From Octopus bimaculoides (taxonomy: Eukaryota), in NCBI RefSeq assembly GCF_001194135.2, contig NC_068985.1:32144865-32208864 (forward strand): a stretch of 64,000 bases of DNA, written 5' to 3'. The translations under genes and the position numbers were made by a program. Positions 25,301-37,383 of this stretch are shown piece after piece. The notes under the pieces were generated by a model. The model had not been told where the DNA came from. It was given only the letters and a program-made list of their open reading frames with translations, and did not search any database. Positions within the stretch are counted from its first letter, which is position 1. Each line of letters starts with the position of its first letter.

Positions 25301-25960
25301 CTCGTTGACTGGCAAGGATGTAATAAATCTGGCTTATGTGCCCACCAGACTGATAAGTAATCAGGTAACTGGCTGGATTCCTGAAGTGAGGTTAGTATTG
25401 CAGATCATCAGATCATTTGCATTTCAGAACTCCAGAAGCCTCCTCATTCATAGAGCCAAAGCCATAACATCTATACACACTATGGAATCCATGAGAGTTC
25501 TGTCTGACATGCCCATTGAAGTCATCAGCCACAATAACCAAGCCTGTGATTTGTCTTTGAGGTAGTCTGCAAAAAATCTCATAAAATTGGTCCTTCTGGT
25601 TATCCGTCAGCCCAGACCGTGAAGTATAGGAGAGATAAAGGTCACTGTTAATTTATCTAAGATCAGTATCAGCTTAACTACCCTATCACATACTCTGACT
25701 ACCTCAATTACCTTATCAACCCATTTTACTACCAAAAGTATGCATATACCACTCACCCCATCAGAAATATTTGAACCTGTGTTTCTTATCCATGAAGAAT
25801 CTAGCAGAGGCTCCCCTCCATCTTACAGACCATACATCTTGCACTTCTTGCACACCACACATGTCACTATGCTGTTGCTTCAGCATTTCAATAGAAGTGG
25901 TTACAAAGATGGAGGCTACCTTTAGAGTCCACAAGAATCTATTGTAGTACACTCGTTATT
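22316..25960 (-). mobile_element. Near full-length degraded RTE LINE (APE endonuclease, RT, PHD-like finger, 3' UTR and tail)
   Basis: From right to left: EN N-terminus (DMCGVQEV..RWRGASARF, 25761-25952); ITYQSGG..SQI.YIL (about 25330-25380); RT STDAIFPVRQLHEKYLAKSKPLYLAFVDLERAFDRVP (24160-24366); CTQC..THKKC; 3' UTR; (CAT)n tail at 22316. Confidence 0.9.
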
Positions 25961-26859
25961 ATATGGATTTAATAAAAGAATTTGTTGTATTTAATTCTTA
26001 TGAATACTATTAGAAGCACTATTTTGTCCTTTCATTTTCTTGACAGTAAGGTATGATTTGAGGGAATTTGGTTGCTTTTTGAAAGAGATCAAAATGACCT
26101 ACAAGAGGCTTTCCAGTTGATTCATTAAGGATGTAGTTTAGGCTGTATGTATATGTGTGTAAAATAACTATCTTTTAGTCGTGAAGTTATGGACTCCATT
26201 TAGTAAAAATATATTCAGTTGTCTATTTTTTATTTTCATGTTTAGTTGCTCTCCCTTTTGTTCTCTCTCTCTCTTTCTTTCTCTTTCTTTCTTTTGTAAC
26301 ATTATAGCCTCTCATTTCAATAATAGATAAGTAGAGAAACTATCCTCAAGTTAATAATTCTGATGTTAACCAGTGAGGAAGTCAAAGTTCCTGGAATTGC
26401 TACTAAGAAGTTGTTGTTTTACAAGCTAGTAAAAAAAATTGTTACAGTTTCTTTTGGAATGAGCCCATATTAAGTTCAATAGAGCTCATTGTATCTATGA
26501 ATATTTATCAACTTTAATCAGGCAAAGGTTATGTTATTGATATCATTTGCTTATTTTTCATGCTGGTGATTCAAAATGAATTCATGTTTCCTGAAATAAA
26601 TTCGATTCACACCTAACAGCTGTTCCAGAATCCACTTACACTTAAATCCTATAAGATACTCTGTCTTGTTGATACCAATTAATAATCACAATAGTGTAAC
26701 ATCCAGTCATCATATCAAATAGACCATTTCTGGTGGAAAAAAAAAAGGTTTAAATTAGGATATTTCTTTATTTCCTTTCTATTTTTTTCTTTATATGTGG
26801 ATGTGTTAGGCATTATGCACCACCACCACCACCACCACCACCACCACCATCGTCGTTGT

Positions 26860-27300
26860 TGTTGTCATCATCATTTAACATCCATTTTCCATGCTGACAT
26901 GGATTGGACAGTTTGAGAGGAGTTGGCCTACTGAAGAGCTGCCTGGGCTCCATGTTTGTTTTGGCATGGTTTTTACAGCTTGATGCCCTTCCTAATACCA
27001 ACTACTTTCCAAAATGTACTAGGTGCTTCTATGCAGCACTGGCATGGATCCTTTTATGTGGCACTGGCATAGGTGCTTTTTATGTGGCACCAGCACCCAT
27101 GAGCCCATAAGATTAGGATTACTCAGCTGAAGAGGGGTCTAGGGGACATGCCTGTATGCAAGGACAACTACAGTTTTACTTAACCTCATGTCTTCTCAAG
27201 CACAGCAAACTGCCAGAAGTTTTGTTCCCTTGTCATTCCCTCAGTGAGGCCCAACATCTGAAGATCCTTTCTCACCACTTTGTTCCATATATTCCTGAAT
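26860..27300 (-). mobile_element. RTE-tail/SINE-like repeat
   Basis: CATCATCATTTAACATCCATTTTCCATGCT...GATGCCCTTCCTAATACCAAC tail family; preceded by (CAC)n. Confidence 0.75.
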
Positions 27301-27749
27301 CTATCCTTTTTTACATGTTCCCTCTACATACTTTTTAAAGTAACACCTGACCATCATAAGCAACTTTCTGTCAAAGCTTTTATCTTAAGAAATTCAAATG
27401 ATCTGCTGCTTTTGGAAAACCTTTTCTTGTAGGCTTGAATGTATATTAATTATAAAGACTTACTGCATATTTATTCCAAGAAAACTACAATTCTTTATAA
27501 TTTATTATGGCTCATCTTGATTATGTTTTTACTTTGTTTTATTTTGTGTCCTAAGAGTATAACCCATTGAAAGCAAATATTGTATTTGTGATTCTTGCCA
27601 TGAAATTTTAGTTATGTTTCAAATATGTTATTAAGAAAAATAATAAGTATATATGAAAGCTTTTAATTATTATTTTAATGTTAGATCAAGCAAAAACACT
27701 TTTTTGCTAAAATAATAAAAGAAAAATCAATTCACAGAGAAATAGTGTT

Positions 27750-28188
27750 TCAAATTTTGGCTCAAGGCCAACAATTTTTGGGGAGGGGCTTGTTAATTAC
27801 ATTGACCCCAGTGCTCAACCCATACTTATTTTGTCAAGCCTAGAAAGATGAAAAGCAAAGTTGACCTTTGAACTCAAAACATTCAGAGCCAGAAGAAATG
27901 CTATTCAGCATTTAGTTCAATGCACCAACAATTCTGCAGCCCTTATTCACTTATAAATACTGGTTTCAAGTTTTGGCACAAGACCAGCAATTTTGGGGGA
28001 GGGGTAATTCAATTACATCAGCCCCAGTCCTCAAATGATACTTATTTTGCCGACCCCAAAAGGATGAAGTGTACTATTGACCTTGGCAGAATTTGAACTC
28101 AGAATGTAAAGATGGATGAAATGCTGCTAAGCATTTTGGTCCAGCATGCAAATGGTCCTGCCAGTCCGCTACCTATTCACTTATAAAT
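27750..28188 (-). mobile_element. Two adjacent tRNA-derived SINE copies; the second has a 15-bp TSD
   Basis: Both copies carry GGGGAGGGG...TACTTATTTTG.C.A.CC..AAAG.ATGAA...TTGACCT...TTTGAACTCA. TATTCACTTATAAAT occurs at 27944-27958 and 28174-28188, flanking copy 2. Confidence 0.8.
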
Positions 28189-29975
28189 GTTGAAATAAAA
28201 TATGGGAATTCTACTTATTATCTATATTCTGATGAACTGCCACTTCAAAAATATTGCAAAACTCATCCCATATAAATTTTCACCAATGTTTACATCCACT
28301 TTGCCATTTCAAAACTGAATCATCCCACTAGAGTTGTTATTTTACCTGCTTCCTCACAGTATTCTGATATGTACCAGGAAAAAAATATATGACAGAAAAG
28401 GTATACTGCCCTAATTAAAGTTATGCTTATTCTTATAACAGGATATTAATGATATATAGTCCCTCACTTGAAATCAGATCATGAACATCAGTCACAAGAA
28501 GCTGAAGCAATGGTGATTATCACACAAACATAAGGCTTAGTAGTACATAAAGAAACTATTCAGTTTCATAAACAAATAAGCATATTTGGTGAGAGGTTAA
28601 AAACTAGATTCTGATAAAAACTAGATTTCTGATAAATACTGCATTGACTTTCCAGACAAAACTCATTATAACACTTTAGTTAAGTTAGTGTTAACATATT
28701 TAATACAGAGAGGATTAAATGCTCTTTGTGAGGTTAAAAAAAGATAGCCGGTGACAAACATTATTTTATTTATTTCGGCTAGGTTGGGAGACAACTCTTG
28801 ACATTTTATGGTATTATTATGACCTCATTAGGGAAGCATATTTTCTATAGTACTTGCTACCCTTATTTCAACATGTATAATGAAAACTACTTCATTGATG
28901 ATTATATAATACAAACAAAACTAGTCTTGAGTTTTCTCCCTTATTTGCTGAAATAATCAAAATATATTAATCTGACTGATATAGGTTTTTATCTCACTAA
29001 TTAGTTTTGTAATGCTCTTTTCATTAGATATATTAACACTACGTCAATAACTGTTTTTTGTGCAGATGGTGCCTCTTAGTTATAATTTCATTATAATACC
29101 TGTTTCTGTCTATAAAGTTACAAAATGTGTACCATTCTTATTTTATGGTTGAGCAGTTGACAGTAGGAAAAATATTTACTCTTAAAAATTCTTACTTATT
29201 CTAACTTCAATGAATTATGCTAATGTCATTTAACATACATTGACATACCAAAATGAATGTATGGCTGTAAAATTAAAAATGATTAGCAAAAAAAAAGTAT
29301 TTATGTGATAATAATGCATGTTATATACACATCCAGTTCACATCGTCACACTTTTAACTCAAAATATATGACTACAAATCCTCTTTATTATCACTACTGC
29401 TTCCTGTGTGCTTTTATGCTGATGTTGTATTGACGATTCTGCAAGACAACTTACACATTTCCACCCCTGATAAATTAGGTAGAGTTATGGATGGAAAAAT
29501 AAAATCAAAGTAGTGTTAGATTGTAGAAAGCTTTTGTACATCCAACTTGTTTCTGTGTTTGAAGACAAACTTCAAAATGAGTAAAGATATAAAATGAATT
29601 AAAAACAAAGGCTATCACTGACACATATAAACAGATATATGTGAAAAAGAAAATTTTATATTACTTTTAATACATTGTTTGATCACTGAAAAGCATTTTC
29701 GCTTTGTTGAAATAGATTTTGTCATGTGCCATTTAGGTCACTGTTGAACTGAAATGAACTTCAATAACTAACATCTGTTGCATTACTGCATAATGGAATT
29801 GAAGGTTTAGATACCTGTGGAGTATCTCCTTCTCCCATTATAATTGTTTTGTAGTTTCAAGGAGCTGGAACGGGTCACTGATTTGTGACGTCTGTGCGAA
29901 GCAAGGTGATGAGAATGGCTTCTTATTACATCACACGGTCAATACAATAAATGTAAATAGAACAATGCATATATA

Positions 29976-30914
29976 TGCCAGAGGGAAATAAGAGACACAA
30001 CCAGGTAGAATGTTTAAGAGAAGATTTATTGATATGTTAACATGTGTGATTGTGTGTGCGTCATATATACAGAATAATAGACAGGCCGTCATAAGAATAA
30101 GAATATGCCTGTGTATGTAGGCATAGATGTATGCACGTTAAGAACATACAAGGATGGTGATGAAGAAGAGACAGTGAAAGAGTCTATAGCCATCGAAGTG
30201 AGGAGTAAGTTCATAGACACAAGAATGATAAACACCAGTTCGAAGTCAATTGTACACGATAGCTGAAATACTGTATCAAGAAGTTGCGGCGATGATGCAG
30301 AGCTGGTTGTGGTAAATGTCTTACGTGAAGTTGTGGCTGTGATGCTGCTGCCTGGGTCACTTGGTACAGGAGTTCTTGCAGGTTGTATATTCACTGTTGA
30401 TCCATGGTGAAGTAGTTCACGAACAGTGCAGTGTTGTAACCTGGTTGAGTTGCTTGTTGAGTTGTGTATGTAGAGAGAGGTTGGTGTTGGGACGAATGGC
30501 AGTGGCAGAGAGGGAGGTTGCTGGATGCTGTTGGACGAAGTTGATGAGTCTTCACGTAGCTGCTGTTGTATTGTTGCTGGAACTGGCGGTGTCTTGTGTG
30601 GTCAGTGGCCAGACCTTAAAAGGTCTGGAACTGAATGACATTGAGATGAGGAAAAGTTAGGTTTTTTTATAAGGAGTTGTAGGCTCAGCTGAGGTAGAAA
30701 ACAGGCTGTCACACGTGACCTTATTTGAAGGCTGCAATTGGTTGGGTTGCATATTGGCACACAATAGAGCAAGAGACAAATTGTGCCAATACCAACCAAT
30801 CAGAGTAGTGGACACAACAGGGTTCAAAATATGGCCAAAGGCTAGCTGTTATCTACTACGTTCGTATGTATATATAATAGAGAGGAGAGGAATTTCACTC
30901 AAGTGTACACTACA
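29976..30914 (-). mobile_element. Solo-LTR-like / promoter-like cassette
   Basis: On the minus strand: TGTAGT start, CCAAT boxes (about 30736-30800), CACGTG (30712-30717), TATAAAA (30671-30665), a CA-rich body, AATAAA (30030-30025) and a CA end. No TSD found. Confidence 0.45.
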
Positions 30915-32139
30915 ACTGTATATGTATCTGTATGTGTGTTTCATTATATATTGATATTGCATAAACAAAATTAGAGAGCCATCTAAAGAAATTTTTATTT
31001 ATTGAGAAGTTTTCATTAATGTTATAATTGCTGCATTAAGAATTTTTTTATAATAGATGTACGGTAATGATATCTTAAAATTCTAATTCATGAACTATGT
31101 TCTCTATGCCTGAGAAAAGAGTCATGAAAGGCAATTTGATAGTTACCATGAGGCTGCCAATTACCAGCAGATTTTTTGAGACTACATGAAGGGGCAAAGA
31201 CCAGTTGTTGCTCATTGGATTAACTATGCCCAGTTCCAGTATGTGCTTGGACTCTACTTTGGTGATCTTAACATCATCAGGAGTAAGTCACTGAAGAAGA
31301 AAAACCACTGAAGGTATATTAGGTTCAAGTGGTGTGTCAGAGTGAGTCACTGGATGATGGAACATGACAGTTCCAAGATAAGAAAGCAAAGTGACTTTGG
31401 AAAGTTCCGTTCATGGTATAGCAATATGTGTTAAGGAAAAGTAAGAATATGTCTGTAAAAGTGGTGAGTGTGCTAGTGTAGACTGCTTTCACAACATGGT
31501 ATTTTGACAGTCATAACTGTGGAGACCGCCAAATGCAATAATGCTTCACTGTTTGTGTCACTAATCTCTTGATATTTAGACTGTCTGCATGTTAAGCTCT
31601 GTTTTCTCTCTTCAGATCTGGTATCTTTCTATGTACTCCATAACAAATCTAACTGGACAGATCTCTAGTGATGTCAGCACTTGAATATCCAGAACATATT
31701 TATATATAATTTCATTGGCCAGATTTTTGCTGATGAACATTTTTGCAATTGGAAAACAAACAATCCAGCTTCAAATTGAAGAATACTTAATGTAAGAAAT
31801 AGATTATTTAATTCCTATTTAGAAAATCTTGTTTCCTCTGCCATACTGGCATATTAAAGCTATTCAATTTTGAAATAAATCTGATGATTATATTGAATGC
31901 AATTTCTTATTCAACAGTTAACAGGTATTCTGAGATTTTATTTGCTAAATTAATTTTTAGTTCTAAGGTTTGGCAATTTTGGGGGAGAGTGTATAACATC
32001 ACAAAGTATTCAAATATCTGTCCCTTTTTTTCATCTGAAGCATGTCTCCTTTGCTTTGTTATGGAAAAATTTCTTGAATGTTATTTTATTGAAACAATTA
32101 TTCCATTCAAATTTTTTAAGTGAAAATAAGACACAAATT

Positions 32140-32880
32140 TTAAACACTAAGCAATTTATTCACAAAATGATATAATTATCATTTCCTTCCAGTATCTTCT
32201 GCCACATTGTGGGCAGATCCATTATTCCCTACTCAAAGGATTCCCTGTTTTTAGTGATGAAAATCTTTTCCAGGTGAATTTTTACATCTTCAGTTGAAGG
32301 TCTGTCTATTCAATGAATTTTGAAGAGAACAAAACAGGTGGAAATCTGAAAGCACAAAACTTCCCAGCCAAGCCCCAGTAGCTTCAGCTAAGTTTGCAAA
32401 GAAGTATGCAGTCTGGCATTGTCATGCCCTTATGATTAGCAAATGCCAAACACTTCTGGTGGGTTACTGTGTTTTATTTGTTCAGCTGGTCACTGTATAC
32501 ATCTGAATTGATGGTTCTGTCTATGGAAAGAAGCTCATAAAAGACAACACCCTTCCAGTCTCACCAAGTTGAAAGCATAATCTTTTCCAGGTGAAATCTT
32601 GCTTTGGAGGTTATTTGTGGTGGTTCACCATGTTTCCTCCATGATTGGTTGCACATCACATTGTTATAGACAATCTATTTTTTATCTCCTGTCACTATCA
32701 AAAAAGGATAATTTTCTTCAAGTTTCTACATTGAAGTGCAGACAGAGATCTGTTGGTTGAGGTTAATCTCATTCAATTGATGTGGGAATTGAACATCAAG
32801 CCTGCTGATGTAAAATTGATGTAGATGATTTTGAACTCTCAATTTGGATATTTGGAAAATATCTGCAATCATCCTAGTCA
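32140..32880 (-). mobile_element. Mariner (Tc1/mariner) transposase remnant
   Basis: Degenerate IVTGD.K, K.MLS.W.DWKGVVFYELL and HDNAR-like segments on the minus strand. Confidence 0.75.
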
Positions 32881-33270
32881 TATAATGGAGGGGTGCTAGA
32901 ATAAGAATAGGGTGGAGGAAGTTCAGAGAACTACTACCTCTGTTGGTAGCAAAAAGACTCTCTCAGAATGAAAGGTAGATTGTATGATGCTTTTATGAGA
33001 ATGGCTATGTTACATGGTAGTGAGATATGGGCTCTGACTGCAAAGGACATGTGTAGGCTGGAGAGGAATGAAGGTAGTATGCTCTGTTGGATTTGCAGCA
33101 TCAGTGTGCATGACCAACAAAGCACAACTGTGTTGAGAGAAAAGTTAGGCATAAGAAGTATTAAATGTGGTATGCAGGAGAGGAGTCTGCATTGGTTTGG
33201 ACATGTGATGCGTATGAGTGAAGACAGCTGTATACAGAAGTGCCTGTCACTGAAAGTGGATGGTTGAGAA
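32880..33270 (+). mobile_element. RTE LINE C-terminal fragment
   Basis: ORF 32968-33267 KGRLYDAFMRMAMLHGSEIWAL...LHWFGHVMRM. Confidence 0.85.
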
Positions 33271-33735
33271 CCACTGGTTTAGGGACAAGTGCCTGCAAGG
33301 AGAAAGGAGAAGAGAAGGAAAAGGAGGCAACAGAGGAAGTGGAGCTTTCTGGTTCACGAGAAGAAAGAGAAGAGGATGCACAGCAAGTGACATCAGGGAG
33401 AAACGACAATGGTAACTGGGTGTCTGTGTACACTGCTCTTTGTAGATTTCCTATTTTACATATGGAAGCATAATAAGCATGCACATGCACACATACCCCT
33501 CCCCCATATAATTAAGTGTTGGATGGCAGAAGGGAGTACACCCAAACATCATACATATACATAGAAGAGGGGAAGACAATGTGCAGCCAGGGGAGCAAAT
33601 CATCTATGTCATTATTAAAAGTAAGGGTGGGGGTGAGGTGGGGAGAGGTGCTACAGGTAAAAATGTGCAAACACACATGCTGTTTTCTACCCATAAAATC
33701 TCTAATAAAATAAAACCACTGTTATTGTTGCTCAG

Positions 33736-34135
33736 ACTTCATCATCATCATCATCATCATCGTCATCATCATTACTATTATCATCAATATTGTCATCATC
33801 ATCTTAAGTCTGTTTTACATGTTGGAGTGGGTTGGACAGTTTGCTAAGATTTGAGTCAGTTTATATTGGAGCTACAGCACTCCCCCATATAGAGCAAAGA
33901 ACCACATCTAACTCATTTTCTCATCTGATTTTCTATGTTTTCATGGGTTGGGTAGATCTTTCCGACACAGTATTTTGCCATTTGTTGCTTTCTTTTGGCA
34001 CATCTTGCATGAGCTTCAACATCCTGGGATCACCATTTTATCTCATCCAGCAGAGCATACTTGTTTCATTTCTCTCCAACCTTTGAACAGCTTCTGACTT
34101 TAATGCCTACATAACACAACTGTGAAGCATCACCC
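33736..34135 (-). mobile_element. Degraded RTE 3' fragment with (CAT)n tail
   Basis: (CAT)n run, then GGGTTGGACAGTTTG tail motif and CTCATCCAGCAGAGCATACTTGTTTCATT (reverse of the RNEASML.W segment). Confidence 0.6.
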
Positions 34136-34153
34136 TTTGTACACAAAGCAGTT

Positions 34154-34312
34154 ACTCTTTACTCACATACATGTATGTGTGTATGTATGTATGTATGTAT
34201 GTATGTATGTATGTATGTATGTATGTACATATGTATGTATGTATGCATGTATGTATGTATGTATGTATGTATGTATGCATGCATGCATGTATGTATGTAT
34301 GTATGTATGTGC
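34154..34312. repeat. (TATG)n microsatellite with CATG variants
   Basis: Direct reading; source of the spurious YVCM/HTYI ORFs. Confidence 0.95.
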
Positions 34313-34844
34313 ATATACAGGTGTACCCCATATGGAAAGTTGGGTTACAGAATTCTGCTCAGATAGAAATTGCAAAGAATGTCTACTAATTTCAATAAAT
34401 GCCTGTGATTCTTCCTTTATGACAACTCAGATAAATTTTAACAAATTTAAAAGCTAAAATCTTGGTTTGAACTTTTTCAAACCTGAGCTGCTTTCCTCCA
34501 CCCTAACTTGTTTGCACATGTACTAATTCAACTGGCCTTGTTTTTATTGATTGCAACATACTTTCCAGCATTTATGTACTTCCTCACTGGACTTGAGTCT
34601 TACAACTAGCTTAAATCAAACAGTGCTTTCTCCCACTTCACTCCTTCATGCCTTTCATTCATTAATTCACTTATATCTCAGTATCCAAACAAAACAAGCT
34701 CTTTTTGTTGATACAGAACGTCACTGCTTTCTTTTGATTTTACTGTTTTACTATTTGGTGTACAGTTTTTGTTCATTAATGCTGCTGTTGGATTTAACTT
34801 CTAACTCCTAAGGTGTACCTTACATTCATCCTAGATTACTGAAA

Positions 34845-36150
34845 TGAAACCAAAAAATCGAAGTGGAGACATAGTGCTAAAAAGGAGTCATAAACGTATT
34901 ATGCTGGGCAAAAACTCAGCCATATTACAAAATCATTAACACTAGCAATGTCTACAATGAGAAAAATACATGACAAGACAAAAATTTGGTCAAGTGCTCA
35001 AGCAGTTCCTCCATTAAATGCAGGAATATTGTTTTCTGATTGATTTGAGGTGATACCTAAAATAGTGCAGCACCTCAGTGTGGATCAAGGATCAGATTAG
35101 ACTGAACGTGTCATAACACATAAGGGTCATTAAGGGACAGCTACAAGTTTGTACCACAACTTCCAGAAAGTAGAAGGTACAACTTCCACTGCCAAACCTT
35201 TTCTTCCTTGTAAAGATTGCTTTGAAAGGTATTTAAGATGCCTAAATTTGTGCAATATTAAAATGACAGGTGCAGCTGCAAGTGTTGATACAATAACTGC
35301 TTTGATTATTCTGAGCTGAAGAAATTACTGAATGAAGTTATACACACTAACTAGTTTTACAATGCTGATGAATCTGGACTTTCTGAGAAGCACATATCTA
35401 CTTGGACTTTTATTTCTGGTAAAGAAAAATTAGCATAACACTTCCAGGTTTTCAAAAATATCTTGATGCCTCTTGTAGGAGTATGTGCTACCAGTGATTT
35501 GAAATAAAAGCCACTACTTGTGTATCACTCCCAAATTCCAAGGGCTTTCAAGAGTAAGGTTAAGTTTAATTTACTTGTGATTTGACATTCATGTAAGAAG
35601 GCTTGGATGGCTATGAAAATGTTCAAGTTTGCCAGTCATTTTCTTTCTCTACTGTAGAAAGCTGCAGTGCCAAGCATAATATTTTCAACAAAGTATTACT
35701 CATTTTAGACAATATACCAAAGCTATTTAGTGAGGTTAAATGAGACAGTGAAAGTGGAATATATCTCCAGGAACCCAGCATTTATGCTCCATCCAATGAA
35801 TCAATGTGTGACAGCTAACTTCAAAGTATATCATCTGAAATGAACTTCAAAACAACTCACAAAAACAATTGATGAAAGGATAAACATTTATAATAAGAAA
35901 CTTCTTTAAAAAGTTCAGCATTATAAGACGCAGTAGATAACATAGCAATGGCCTGACTTTACCTGTGACTTTATGAATTTTTTTCCTACTGAATGTCAGC
36001 ATCGACTTCAGCATAGTATTGCAACACAGGCAAATGATAGTAAGTTGAGGTCAAGGAACTTGAGTCTCATAAAGAAAATTTGTCTAATTTAGAAGCTGAT
36101 TTTCCTAGAACAAGAGCAAGCCACAAAACAAGAGAATATAGACATTCCAC
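34845..36150 (+). mobile_element. Tigger/pogo-like DNA transposon remnant
   Basis: Degenerate YNADESGL, KPLLVYHSQIPRAFK, KKAWM, LLILDN and LHPMNQCV..NFK segments typical of pogo/Tigger DDE transposases. Confidence 0.8.
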
Positions 36151-36381
36151 CCACTCTACATCAGTGACTACAAAGAACATGGTTAATGGGTTGGCACTTA
36201 CAGAGGAAGGTCAGTAAGTCTCTGCTAACAATGACCTTAATTGAGAACATGACATTACGAAAAGAGTTTTCTTTCCCAAAATTTTGATCAGACATATCTG
36301 AATTTATAATGTGGAAATTAAAGAAAAATGGATTTAGTGCCATGGAAAGATTTTCAGCAATGCAGAATTTAATACCTGGAA

Positions 36382-36428
<47 letters not shown>

Positions 36429-37383
36429 AATGATAATGATGACAATATCATCATCATCATCATCATTATCATTTTAATGTCCACTTTTCTATGCTTACAT
36501 GGAGCAAATAGAATTTGTTGAAGCAGATTCTCTTTGGCTGGATACCATTCCTGTTGCCAAAATCTGACCATTGGAGTTCCACATAATCAAGTGCGTTTTT
36601 ATACTGTTTGTGACATATGTATGTATTTTGTTTATATTTAATTTTATCTCTGTTTTTTTTTTTGACATGAAATCAATACTTATATCAATTATGAAAGCTA
36701 TACTTACAGCAAAGCATTAAACTAGAATTAACATACAAACAATATACACATGTCACCAACAAGATAAACACAGTGTTAATGATTTGTGAATCCAACAGCC
36801 AAAATATTTGCCTGATTATGTAGAATCCTAGTGGTCAAATTCTGATGGCAAAGTCTGTATGAACAAAAGTTGTTCACTGTAAACAAGACAGCACCTGCTG
36901 ATGAACCGGAGATAGTTTGGAAATGTCAATAAAAATGAATTTACAAACTTTCTATTCCAAACAAAATGCAAGGTTGTTATAAAAAGATTTGAAAATAATT
37001 TTAAAAGCAGAATAAATTAGAACATGTTTTCAATATAACACATCTGTATGTGAGCTTGTATGTATGTACAGAGATAGAAAAAAGAGAGAAAATACGTGTG
37101 TGTGTGTGTGTGTGTGTGTAGCAACACTTTATAACTTGAACTACTAGGGTACTGAAAGAAGGTCCACCTGAAGAAAGCCACTAAGGAGCTGAGAATAGCT
37201 CATGGTAGTTACAGTTGACAAGGGACTACAAATGGAACTCCTTCTGTAGGTGAAAGCTTATTCACCCCTCACTACTTCACTCAGGCAAAGCATGCATGAA
37301 AAATTACACAGATGTGTAGAATGATCCAGTGGTGATGCTGGGCTTTGTATTTTTTTTCAACGCTCCCATGGTTACCAAGATAA

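Noticed and set aside
33240-33473. Acidic ORF MPVTESGW...EEKEKEATEEVE
   Set aside because: Begins inside an RTE fragment and runs through purine-rich low-complexity sequence.
34122-34457. Repetitive YVCM/HTYI ORFs (and similar CV/HT/IY ORFs elsewhere)
   Set aside because: Translations of microsatellites.
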